14,948 nt of DNA from Coleofasciculus sp. B1-GNL1-01 (lineage in GTDB: Bacteria > Cyanobacteriota > Cyanobacteriia > Cyanobacteriales > Coleofasciculaceae). The notes under the pieces are model-generated. The model saw nothing but the letters and a program-made list of their open reading frames with translations. It did no database searches and was not told the DNA's origin. Location of the stretch: NCBI GenBank assembly GCA_040220235.1, contig JAVJTO010000087.1. One strand, given 5' to 3'. The position numbers and the translations under genes were made by a program. Below are positions 1 to 7,888 of the stretch, in pieces (within the stretch, counting starts at the first letter, position 1; every line of letters starts with the position of its first letter).

Positions 1-134
1 ACGTCGGCGGATTCACTGATACCAAAAAGACTCAGAAGGTTTCTGTTTGTGACTACACCTGGAAACGAATTGGGCAATTTGCTCCTAGTAAAGTTGAGCT
101 AATCAGGAGAAATAACGGCTTATGTGTGGCGTGA
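1..134 (+). CDS. 3' end (partial) of an RRXRR-domain IS200/IS605-superfamily accessory nuclease, most like IsrB
   Basis: Frame from nt 3 reads VGGFTDTKKTQKVSVCDYTWKRIGQFAPSKVELIRRNNGLCVA* (TGA 132-134). The 'VSVxDxxWKRxGQFxxSKVxLIxR' tail resembles cyanobacterial RRXRR proteins from memory. It is followed by an IS605-type end hairpin. Not in the ORF track because it is truncated by the window. Confidence 0.65.
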   Translation, partial: VGGFTDTKKTQKVSVCDYTWKRIGQFAPSKVELIRRNNGLCVA

Positions 135-146
135 AAAAAAAGAATT

Positions 147-228
147 GGATGCCTCCATCCTTCCGGCATCCCGCTATTCCTCCTCACCCTACGAGAGTTG
201 AGGGTGAGGACTCCCGCGAGTACGTTGA
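147..228 (+). mobile_element. IS200/IS605-family right end (subterminal hairpins)
   Basis: Perfect 10-bp stem TCCTCACCCT (181-190) / AGGGTGAGGA (201-210), in the context ATTCC-hairpin-CTCCCGCG typical of IS605-type ends. A second stem is GGATGCC (147-153) / GGCATCC (165-171). The exact end base is uncertain. Confidence 0.6.
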
Positions 229-257
229 CTTGTGCTAAACCCCATACTCTTTAATCC

Positions 258-476
258 ATGTCAGAGGAATTCCGCCAAATTGTCCCCACCCCTCCGCCTG
301 CTGCGGATAGTTTTGCCACCTACCAACTCGCTCAAGAGTTTCACCGAGAAACGCAGTATCGTCAAGAATTTGAGTCCTACTGCCAATGGTATCGCCAAAC
401 TGCCCAACGCCACCAACAGGAACTCCAAAAAATGCAAGGTGACATCAACCTGTTTAGGTGGTTCTGTCGCCGCTAA
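258..476 (+). CDS. Small hypothetical protein (72 aa, helical)
   Basis: ATG-started ORF with protein-like composition (EFHRETQYRQEFESYCQWY...DINLFRWF). It fills the gap before the convergent cyclase gene. Confidence 0.7.
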   Translation: MSEEFRQIVPTPPPAADSFATYQLAQEFHRETQYRQEFESYCQWYRQTAQRHQQELQKMQGDINLFRWFCRR

Positions 477-515
477 TGATTCATAAAGTAATAATACTCA
501 GTCAACCATCAATGC

Positions 516-2177
516 TCATAAGTCAATATATTCAATCGTTGGCGAATTCTGCTTTCTCGCCGTGAGCAAATAACAATTCATTTGCCCCTTCCCTTTGACT
601 TGAATCGGACCGCGATCATCAAAATGATAGCGATGCTTGAGGCGCTTATAGGTGTCTTCCGTTACCTGAATACTCCCCGGTAAGCCGTGGGATTCCATAC
701 GACTGGCAATATTTACTGTATCTCCCCACAAATCATAAATAAACTTTTTAATCCCAATAATCCCTGCAATCACCGGTCCAGTGTGAATACCAATGCGAAT
801 ACTAAAGGATTTCCCGGTTTCTTGACAAAATTGCTCAATCACCCGTTGCATATCCAACGCCATATCCGCGATCGCTTCGGTGTGGTTGAGCATGGGCATC
901 GGTAGCCCACCAACCACCATATAGGCATCACCAATCGTCTTAATCTTTTCTAAATGGTGTTCCTCAACCAGTTGGTCAAACTCCGAGAAAATCACATTCA
1001 AAATCTCAACCAACTCAATTGGCGAGGTGTGAGACGCCAACTCCGTAAACCCAACAATATCGGCAAAGAGTACCGTCACCTCATTAAAGTGATCCGCGAT
1101 CGTTCGCTCTTCTCGCTTCAAGCGATGGGCAATGGGTTCTGGCAAAACATTCAGTAGTAAGTGTTCGGATTTTGCCGTTTCCCGATCCAATGTAGTTAAC
1201 GCAGAAGCAAACTGTCTGGCAATAATTACTGCCGCAATTAATGCGACCAACACAGCCGCCACTAATAATATCGTCGCCGTATAACTGGTGTCATTAATCG
1301 TTCGACGCGCTCGATCCGCCTCCGCATCTGCCAAGTTGATTAATTTATCGGCTAGTGCCTGTGCCTGTTGATCAAAATTGCGAATTTTGTCCTGAATTTC
1401 TTTATCAAGTCGAACGATCTCTTCGGCAACCGATTGATAAGCATCGAGATATTTTAATGCCTGTCTCCGTTCCGTCTCATTAAATTTAGCACTGGTGTTA
1501 ATTTGCTCGCGTAACTGTTGCGCTGTTTTAGTCAGCAACTCCATTCTAGCAGGTTCACGAGTGGATAAATATTCCTTTTCATAGGACTGCATTTGATTAA
1601 CTAATTCCAGAAACTCTTGAGCCTCGGCGAGTTCCAAACGATTCCGCAATAGAGTTAAATTTTGTTCCAGTTGTTCGAGTACACCAACATTATCAAGTCC
1701 CAAATTACTCACCAAACCGACCGTTTCCTGGAAACTGCGAGAATATTGCTCAACAATTTCCACATACTCGACTAAATCCGGATTACTCTGCCGTTTAAAT
1801 ATCCCCCCCTGAACCTGAGCCAGAAGCTCTTGCAGTTGGCTACTAATATCGATAACTTTTTCAATCTCTTGGCGGTGTTTGTCGCGAAAGTCATTCAGAT
1901 TGGTACTGGAAAAATTAATGCTGGGCCACCGTAAAAAGAAATCAATTTCCACGCGACGGGCATTGCGTAACGCGGCATCCATTTCAAACCCGCGTCGTTG
2001 AACTTCAATACTGGTGAGAAGCACCGCTTTGGTCTCATTACGCATTTGCCGCAGAGAGACAAAGCCTGTCATTGATACAATGCCAATCAACAACAGCAGC
2101 GCAATAAATGCCAACGCAAACTTGGTGGTGATGCTAAGTTTGCGCCCACCTCCAGTCAGGCGCTTCCATATCTTCAT
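516..2177 (-). CDS. Membrane-bound class III adenylate cyclase (2 TM helices, extracytoplasmic helical sensor domain, C-terminal catalytic domain)
   Basis: Motifs VLFADIVGFT, EKIKTIGDAYM, RIGIHTGPV, YDLWGDTVNIASRMES and VKGKG. The Lys/Asp specificity residues indicate ATP. Hydrophobic segments FALAFIALLLLIGIVSM and ILLVAAVLVALIAAVII flank about 260 aa of helical region. Confidence 0.93.
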   Translation of the reverse strand: MKIWKRLTGGGRKLSITTKFALAFIALLLLIGIVSMTGFVSLRQMRNETKAVLLTSIEVQRRGFEMDAALRNARRVEIDFFLRWPSINFSSTNLNDFRDKHRQEIEKVIDISSQLQELLAQVQGGIFKRQSNPDLVEYVEIVEQYSRSFQETVGLVSNLGLDNVGVLEQLEQNLTLLRNRLELAEAQEFLELVNQMQSYEKEYLSTREPARMELLTKTAQQLREQINTSAKFNETERRQALKYLDAYQSVAEEIVRLDKEIQDKIRNFDQQAQALADKLINLADAEADRARRTINDTSYTATILLVAAVLVALIAAVIIARQFASALTTLDRETAKSEHLLLNVLPEPIAHRLKREERTIADHFNEVTVLFADIVGFTELASHTSPIELVEILNVIFSEFDQLVEEHHLEKIKTIGDAYMVVGGLPMPMLNHTEAIADMALDMQRVIEQFCQETGKSFSIRIGIHTGPVIAGIIGIKKFIYDLWGDTVNIASRMESHGLPGSIQVTEDTYKRLKHRYHFDDRGPIQVKGKGQMNCYLLTARKQNSPTIEYIDL

Positions 2178-2190
2178 AATCCGTTCTTAT

Positions 2191-2254
2191 TTAGTCCTTC
2201 GTCATTTGTCCTTAGTCCTAAAGCGCCTTTCGATAACCAATAACCAATGAGCCA
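2191..2254. repeat. Heptamer STRR-like tandem repeats upstream of the cyclase
   Basis: TTAGTCC TTCGTCA TTTGTCC TTAGTCC (2191-2218) and TAACCAA TAACCAA TGAGCCA (2234-2254). Confidence 0.65.
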
Positions 2255-2298
2255 GCAATCAAGTTTTGACCCTTCATGACCTTCGGGAAACCTGTTTT

Positions 2299-2363
2299 GT
2301 CGGGGCGGGTTTAGGGATTTTCTTTTTGCGATTGATGGTAACGTTTGTGCAGAACCCGCCCTG
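2299..2363. repeat. REP-like inverted repeat (GGGCGGGTT...AACCCGCCC), possible terminator or mRNA stabiliser between cruP and the cyclase
   Basis: GGGCGGGTT (2303-2311) pairs with AACCCGCCC (2353-2361) across a long loop. Confidence 0.6.
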
Positions 2364-2417
2364 ATTAAATTTTGCATTATCTCCCCCATCTGACCCACCC
2401 TCCTGTACCAAATCAGA

Positions 2418-3959
2418 TTAATAATCTCCCCCAGAACCATAGCGCCATGCATCCAGCCAACGGTGGTAATAGTATTGGGTGGTTGGGGGTAATTGATGTA
2501 CGGGTTTGCTCATGAATTGTCCTAATGGATATAAGCCACTGTAGACACCCAGATTAATGTAATGCACCATCCAATCTAACAGGGTGGTTAACCCAACTTG
2601 GGGAATCACAGGCGTCACCAGTCCCGGTTTAGTTAGGGAAATCAGTGTTAAGGTTTGGAATAGTCCAGAAAACTGCACCACATCTTGCAGGAAGGGGCGC
2701 AGTACGTCATCCCCCAACTGTGCCATTGTTTGAAAAACACCACTGAGCAACTCATTGATTTGATTGGGGGGGAGATTTTGCTCAACGCCCACACTCATCG
2801 CCCGTTGAAACATCCAGGTAACGGCAATATTCGGCTGATAGGGTTGCAGTAGACTCAAGGCGTCTTGGGTCAAAACGTCGCCGCTAAGGGCTTCCTGGAT
2901 GCCTTCTGTCAAACGTTTGAGGTGACGCACCATGGAGCCAAATCCGCCAAAACTGACGGGGGATTGAGCGCCACTGCTATCACCCACGGGCAAGATTCGA
3001 TTCCAGGGCATTCTGATGGGACTGTCTTTGTAGGATGGGAAAAAGCCAAATAACACTCGTTTAAAATCAAGTTGCGACAGTTCCACCCCTTGATAGTCGG
3101 GCAATAGCCGGAAGTATTCCTCCATAAAAAACCCCAAGCTGGGGCGTTGGGGATGGGCGTCGAGATAGCTGAATAAGTAGGTGGTTCTGCCATCTCTGGC
3201 GGGAAAGGCTTCCCAAAAGTATTGACAATGATTCTGAATGGGTGTAAAAGAGACAATTAAATCTCCTGTATCATTCTGGGTAAAGCCTTGAGCGCAACTA
3301 CCCACAACCAGACAAACCCCTTCCGGTTTTTCCCCCTGTCGCACTTGTTTAACGATAGGGGAGAAATTGCCCATCGCATCAATCAGTAACCGGGTGTTTA
3401 ACCCACCCGCCGCCTCGACGCGCACCCCATCCGGATGAATCACCGCCCCCTCGAATGCCGTTTTTTCCAAAAGCTGACCCCCAGCCTCGAGAAACTTGGA
3501 CTTGAGGGTATCGAGAAGGAAAACCGGGTCAACGCCAATATTCAGGACATCCCGCACCCAGACATCCTCTCCCCCCAAAAAACTCACCCGACCTGGGTTA
3601 TACTCAGATGCGATCGCGTCCTCTAATTCTTCCGGCGATAATAGGTCAAGTTCCAGGAATACCTCAAGTTCTGGGCGGGAAATATTCCACTCTTGATCCC
3701 TCCCCCGCAGAATTCCCCGTTCCAATAGGGCGACGCGCCAGCCTCGCTTTTGCAACGCCGCAGCTAGCAGAATGCCCAAAGTACCGCCACAGATAACGAT
3801 ATCCCAATCGACAGTTCCCAAGGGTTCAGTTGATTCCTTAACCACCTGGGGAATCGGTGTGGTACCGTCTCGCAACGCTTGCCAGAATTGGTCAGCCTTT
3901 TGCAAGCCTGCCAAGACATCTCCCGGTAGTTGGGAAAGAATGTGTTCAGTTTGACTCAT
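2418..3959 (-). CDS. cruP: FAD-dependent oxidoreductase, CruA/CruP lycopene-cyclase family (CruP-type)
   Basis: Rossmann motif DIVICGGTLG, LRGRDQEWNISR, IDAMGNFSPI, YFWEAFPARDGRTTYLF, GDSSGAQSPVSFGGFG and C-terminal WRYGSGGDY. ATG at 3959 (MSQTEHIL) is preferred over GTG at 3977. Confidence 0.85.
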   Translation of the reverse strand: MSQTEHILSQLPGDVLAGLQKADQFWQALRDGTTPIPQVVKESTEPLGTVDWDIVICGGTLGILLAAALQKRGWRVALLERGILRGRDQEWNISRPELEVFLELDLLSPEELEDAIASEYNPGRVSFLGGEDVWVRDVLNIGVDPVFLLDTLKSKFLEAGGQLLEKTAFEGAVIHPDGVRVEAAGGLNTRLLIDAMGNFSPIVKQVRQGEKPEGVCLVVGSCAQGFTQNDTGDLIVSFTPIQNHCQYFWEAFPARDGRTTYLFSYLDAHPQRPSLGFFMEEYFRLLPDYQGVELSQLDFKRVLFGFFPSYKDSPIRMPWNRILPVGDSSGAQSPVSFGGFGSMVRHLKRLTEGIQEALSGDVLTQDALSLLQPYQPNIAVTWMFQRAMSVGVEQNLPPNQINELLSGVFQTMAQLGDDVLRPFLQDVVQFSGLFQTLTLISLTKPGLVTPVIPQVGLTTLLDWMVHYINLGVYSGLYPLGQFMSKPVHQLPPTTQYYYHRWLDAWRYGSGGDY

Positions 3960-4021
3960 GACTCTCTCGTTTGGCACAGATGCTCCCTCTACATCCTAAT
4001 CTGCGAGGGGTTAAAGATAGA

Positions 4022-4068
4022 AGGCAGAGGGGCAGGAGGCAGGAGGCAGGAGGCAAGGAACAAGGCAA
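4022..4068. repeat. Heptamer tandem repeat (AGGCAGG)n, STRR-like
   Basis: GGGCAGG AGGCAGG AGGCAGG AGGCAAG GAACAAG, in the divergent intergenic region. Confidence 0.7.
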
Positions 4069-4108
4069 TGATATAACGGTTCAATAAAACATGACCCGAC
4101 TTAAGCTG

Positions 4109-4287
4109 GGTTCGTAGTAAGCTGTCATGCATTTAAATTGGGAATGGGTAGCGAGCAAGATGCAAAGCCTGCGGCATGGCTTCGCTAAACGCACTACAAG
4201 GATTTCGCAATTCTTGACATTAGGGTTTAAATGCCGAACAGCTTAGGCACGAAGCGTGCCAGCAGCGCTAAAGCGCTGACTACAAAC
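4109..4287. repeat. REP-like palindrome GTTCGTAGT...CAGCGCTAAAGCGCTGACTACAAAC interrupted by insertions
   Basis: Left arm at 4109-4118 and remainder at 4263-4287. An uninterrupted relative is at 10360-10428. Confidence 0.6.
4118..4245 (+). mobile_element. MITE family A, copy 1 (TAAGCTGTcatgCATTTAAA...TTTAAATGccgaACAGCTTA)
   Basis: Imperfect 20-bp terminal inverted repeats bounded by TA. Three copies occur in this window. Confidence 0.8.
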
Positions 4288-4345
4288 TCTCAAGTTGAAC
4301 CCTCAATTTCGTCTGTTCGCTGTTCCCTTGTTTTAAATCTGAAAA

Positions 4346-5461
4346 ATGAACAAACTATTTTTATTAGCTATTATCGTTATCGGCTCTATGGGATTCGCGA
4401 CTCCGGCTGTAGCCGAAACCAAAACCGCCGCATCGGGAAACGTTCGAGCTGAGTTTTCCTATCAAAGCCAAGAGTTTTGTTTAGATGACGCCCAATTACA
4501 AATCAGTCGAGATGGGGCAATTTTACTGAATCAATCGTCATTAACAGATTTTGGAATTTGTCGGTTGACGGATTTGCAAGTCCGCAACTTAGACGTTAAC
4601 CCCGAACCCGAAGTGATTTTAGACATCTATACGGGGGGAGCGCATTGCTGTTGGGTTTCTATGATTTATCGCTACGATGCGGCTCAAGATGCCTATACTT
4701 TAACCGAACAGTTTTGGGGGAATGCGGGTTACGAATTTAAAGACTTAAATCAAGATAACCTCCCCGAATTTTGGACACGGGACGATAGCTTTGCTTATGC
4801 ATTTACGTCTTATGCTGGTTCGTCTTTTCCCTTGCAGATTTGGCAGTATCGCAATGGCAAGATGGTAGACGTAACGCGCAGCTATCCGCAACTGATCTAC
4901 AATGATGCCTATCAACTCTGGCAGCGTTATACAGAAACTGAATATCCCGGTGTGGCTAGAGGAGCATTAGCCGCTTATTTAGCGGATAAATATATGCTTG
5001 GTCAAAGTGAAGATGGTTGGCAGCGTGTTCGTCAAGCTTATCAAGGAAATGACAGAGAGTCATTCTTTAAGGATTTACGCAAATTCCTCCAACAAACGGG
5101 TTATATTAGAAATCCTGGAGAAACAGCCTATTATCAGCTCGCTGAATTAGAACAGACGGAATTATATAACCAATGTCCCCCAGAAACTAGCTTAAGGACG
5201 GCTGGGGAAACGGACAACTATCGTTTTGCTATCTGTGCGGGTGAGTCAGGTCAATATTATTTAGGACAATCGAAACGGACAGGAGATTCGATTACCGTGA
5301 AACATAAGCAAAATGATCCAGAGAATTCGTTCCGTCGTGGCGATACGGTTTATCGTTTGCAAATGGATGAAGGTGACTCGGCGAATTTGTATCTGGAAGT
5401 CTATCAAAATAATCAGCGATTATTAAGGGAAATGGCACAGCAGGTTTATTCATTGATTTAG
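4346..5461 (+). CDS. Secreted/periplasmic hypothetical protein (371 aa, probably two domains)
   Basis: Sec signal peptide MNKLFLLAIIVIGSMGFATPAVA, a YTGGAHCC motif, DLNQDNLPE-type loops, and a C-terminal ~100-aa region with a Cys pair (CPPE...AIC). Confidence 0.8.
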   Translation: MNKLFLLAIIVIGSMGFATPAVAETKTAASGNVRAEFSYQSQEFCLDDAQLQISRDGAILLNQSSLTDFGICRLTDLQVRNLDVNPEPEVILDIYTGGAHCCWVSMIYRYDAAQDAYTLTEQFWGNAGYEFKDLNQDNLPEFWTRDDSFAYAFTSYAGSSFPLQIWQYRNGKMVDVTRSYPQLIYNDAYQLWQRYTETEYPGVARGALAAYLADKYMLGQSEDGWQRVRQAYQGNDRESFFKDLRKFLQQTGYIRNPGETAYYQLAELEQTELYNQCPPETSLRTAGETDNYRFAICAGESGQYYLGQSKRTGDSITVKHKQNDPENSFRRGDTVYRLQMDEGDSANLYLEVYQNNQRLLREMAQQVYSLI

Positions 5462-5549
5462 AAACGGTAAAAGTTTTTATGATTAGACAACACTGAAGCG
5501 TCAATGAATCCTTTATGCAAGGATCTCCACTAGCAAGCTACACCAGAGG

Positions 5550-5656
5550 TATATAGCAATCCTATTTAGGTTGTGGCAATTTTCAAAACTGGAACCCTTG
5601 TTATACCTGGGTTTCAATCCGTTTACTTGTTGCATCCTATTTAGGATTGCTATATA
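5550..5656. mobile_element. MITE family B (TATAGCAATCCTA...TAGGATTGCTATA)
   Basis: 15-bp perfect and about 24-bp imperfect terminal inverted repeats, TA-bounded, with no coding capacity. Confidence 0.8.
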
Positions 5657-5907
5657 AGCTGTCATGCATTTAAAGTGGGTATTAGTAGCGAGCAAGATGC
5701 TTAATGTAGCGAACAAGATGCTTAATGTAGCGAGCAAGATGCTTAATGTAGCGAGCAAGATGCTTAATGCAGCGAGCAAGATGCTTAATGTAGCGAGCAA
5801 GATGCTTAATGTAGCGAGCAAGATGCTTAATGTAGCGAGCAAGATGCTCGCACTACGGCAAGGATTTCGCAATTATTGACATTAAGGTTTAAATGTCGAA
5901 CAGCTTA
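5655..5907 (+). mobile_element. MITE family A, copy 2, expanded by an internal tandem array
   Basis: Same termini and internal sequence as 4118-4245. It shares TA 5655-5656 with MITE B. Confidence 0.8.
5685..5856 (+). repeat. 21-bp tandem array (GTAGCGAGCAAGATGCTTAAT)x7 plus terminal palindrome GTAGCGAGCAAGATGCTCGCACTAC
   Basis: Units start at 5685, 5706, 5727, 5748, 5769, 5790, 5811 and 5832. The seven full units show two single-base variants. Confidence 0.95.
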
Positions 5908-5971
5908 GCCGTTCCGGTGGAAAGCCTTTCCTAAATTCTGATGTATCCTATTTAACCTATTTACCATTCAA

Positions 5972-6083
5972 ATGTCTAGACGAGATGATCTACATTTTTC
6001 AGCTAGCTATCCAGCGTAATAAAATAAATCTACTCGTCTATGAACCAAGTTAGGAGGTAATTCTTCAATGGATAAATCCCTAA
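5972..6083 (+). pseudogene. xisH: xisH remnant (large internal deletion, frameshift, premature stop)
   Basis: ATG 5972 gives MSRRDDLHF, an XisH-like N-terminus. The next frame from 5994 gives IFQLAIQRNKINLLVYEPS*EVILQWINP*, an XisH-like C-terminus, overlapping the xisI start in the usual CAATGGAT arrangement. Confidence 0.75.
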
Positions 6084-6394
6084 GTTATGCAGATATCCTG
6101 AAAAAAACGCTGCAAGAGGCGACTATCGCCCAACCTCGTTTACAAGCCATCAAACTCTATCCGGTTTGTGATGTTGATTCGGGTCATTTTTTAGTTTTGG
6201 CTACAGGATTGGATAAACAACGGTGGATCGATACCGTTCTATTTCATGCTCGTTTAGTTGCTGATCAAGTCATCATTGAAGAAGATAATTTTGAGGAAGG
6301 ATTAACTCAGGCACTAATTACCGCAGGAATTAGGAAAGAGGATATTGTGACTAATCAGTATGGCTTCAACCCTTTGTCTCAGAAATCATCCTGA
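6068..6394 (+). CDS. xisI: XisI-family protein
   Basis: 108 aa with the family pattern D...GHFLVLATG...HARL...VIIEEDNFEEGLTQALITAGIRKEDIV. RBS AGGAGG at 6052-6057. Confidence 0.88.
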   Translation: MDKSLSYADILKKTLQEATIAQPRLQAIKLYPVCDVDSGHFLVLATGLDKQRWIDTVLFHARLVADQVIIEEDNFEEGLTQALITAGIRKEDIVTNQYGFNPLSQKSS

Positions 6395-6473
6395 TATAAA
6401 ATCGGCAAAATTGTCTTCAGTGCGATCGCGGATTTTGTCGGTTGGGTTGACTTATGCACACACGCCATTTATG

Positions 6474-6502
6474 GTAGGGGTACGGCATTGCTGTGTCCTT
6501 AC
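6474..6502. repeat. Degenerate GTAG-type REP palindrome between convergent genes
   Basis: GTAGGGGTACGGCATTGCTGTGTCCTTAC forms an imperfect hairpin with G-U pairs. Confidence 0.55.
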
Positions 6503-6513
6503 AGGTAGCTGGC

Positions 6514-6927
6514 TTATTTGCTATTAGCGTCTTGTTCAGTTGAGTCCGGAAATGAACATTCGACGGTAATCTTTAGGTTGCTCTTAGCTGTTCCTTTGGT
6601 GACATAAGGAACGCCAGCTTCACCACCCAGTTCGATGCCAAATTCTAGGGTAACTTTGTTGACGTTCGCGATCGCCATTTTTTTAAAAGCACTTAAGGTG
6701 TAGATTGTATACGCTCGAATTGTGCCTTGAATCGCTCGAAAATTCTGCACCATTTGCCTTTGCGCTTTGGCGACTTCAATGGTTTTGGGAACTGTGGGCT
6801 CCTCTCCGTCTTCGTCTTCCTCTTCGTCTTCGGGTTCTGTGGTGATGTCTGGAATGTCTACTTCATCTGTGGCTTCAATATAGATGATGGTTTGGTCGTC
6901 GAGCTTAATCGGGATGAGTTGAGGCAT
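6514..6927 (-). CDS. Trypco1 / CU044_2847-like peptidase-co-occurring protein
   Basis: N-terminal IPIKLDDQTIIYIEA, an acidic linker, a helix, then KVTLEFGIELGGEAGVPYVTKGTAKSNLKITV, the 'vtlEFGi...eaG..itkg.a.an.kvt' pattern of this family. Confidence 0.78.
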   Translation of the reverse strand: MPQLIPIKLDDQTIIYIEATDEVDIPDITTEPEDEEEDEDGEEPTVPKTIEVAKAQRQMVQNFRAIQGTIRAYTIYTLSAFKKMAIANVNKVTLEFGIELGGEAGVPYVTKGTAKSNLKITVECSFPDSTEQDANSK

Positions 6928-6952
6928 GATCGTTTGATGGGGTGGTATGGGT

Positions 6953-7077
6953 TAAGCTGTTCGGCATTTAAACCTTAATATCAATAACGGCGAAAGCCTT
7001 GTAGTGCGAGCATCTTGCTCGCTACTCGTGAGCATCTTGCTCGCTACTAATACCCAATTTAAATGCATGACAGCTTA
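6953..7077 (-). mobile_element. MITE family A, copy 3 (inverted), in the divergent promoter region
   Basis: Reverse complement of copies 1 and 2. It carries two copies of GAGCATCTTGCTCGCTAC. Confidence 0.8.
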
Positions 7078-7119
7078 TTGTTTAGCATACTTTCCAGGGC
7101 GACAACTGTTGGAGACGAT

Positions 7120-7888
7120 TAGCCGAATGTTTGTCATGATGAGGGAATAACACCGATAAAGATTGTTGGCGATGAGTCGGGATGCTTTGGTTGTTGGTAT
7201 AAATAAGTATGAGCGATTTAATCCCCTGCAAGCGCCAGGGGAAGATGCGGAAGCGGTAGCTCAACGCCTGAAACAGTATGGTGAGTTTAAGGTAACTCGA
7301 CTCCCAGGGGTTAAGGATAAGCAGAATAACCGGATTCGGGTGGGTCAGAAAACCAAGGTTACACTGAGTCAGCTACGAAACGCCATTATACAATTGTTTA
7401 AGCCTAAGGGTAAATCAGTCCCAGATACAGCGCTATTATACTTTTCTGGGCATGGATTACGGCAGGATTTGGGGGTGGAAGAAGGGTTTTTAGCGAGTAG
7501 TGATGTGAATCCAGAGGGGGAAAACTGGGGATTACCTCTACAGTGGTTACGTCGATTGCTGCTCACCAGTGAGGTGCGACAGCAAATTGTGATCCTGGAT
7601 TGCTGTTACAGTGGGGAGGTTCTGAATTTTGCTGAGGCTGATCCAGGGGAGGGAGGGAAAGCACGCGATCGCTCTTTTATTGCTGCTTCACGAGAGTTCG
7701 AGGTAGCCTACGAGGGGATTGATGGGAGTCATAGTGCGTTTACGGCGGCGTTACTAGAGGCGCTGGAACCCAAGTCAGAGCGCTGGGTAACGAATTACAC
7801 TTTAGTCGAGCGTCTGCATCAAATTAGCTCAGAGTTTCCCCAACGTTGGATTTGTAGCAATTCTGGGGAACCGATTCATCTTACTCGT
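7120..7888 (+). repeat. Long direct repeat, copy 1 (5' leader + caspase domain)
   Basis: Gapless match to 11766-12534 (offset 4646). The leader is 51/52 identical, and 33 of 239 aa differ by hand count. Confidence 0.92.

Noticed and set aside
2174..2452. 92-aa ORF bridging cruP and the cyclase
   Set aside because: It runs through STRR and REP-like repeats, overlaps the cruP end and has no recognisable features.
5685..5856. CRISPR array
   Set aside because: Units are contiguous with no unique spacers, they lie inside a MITE, and no cas genes are present.
5513..5879. ORFs 5513..5872 (-) and 5664..5879 (+)
   Set aside because: These are by-products of a 21-bp repeat inside non-coding MITEs.
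6068..6394. fdxN-type heterocyst excision element
   Set aside because: No XisF recombinase or nif genes are present, and xisHI pairs are widespread outside such elements.
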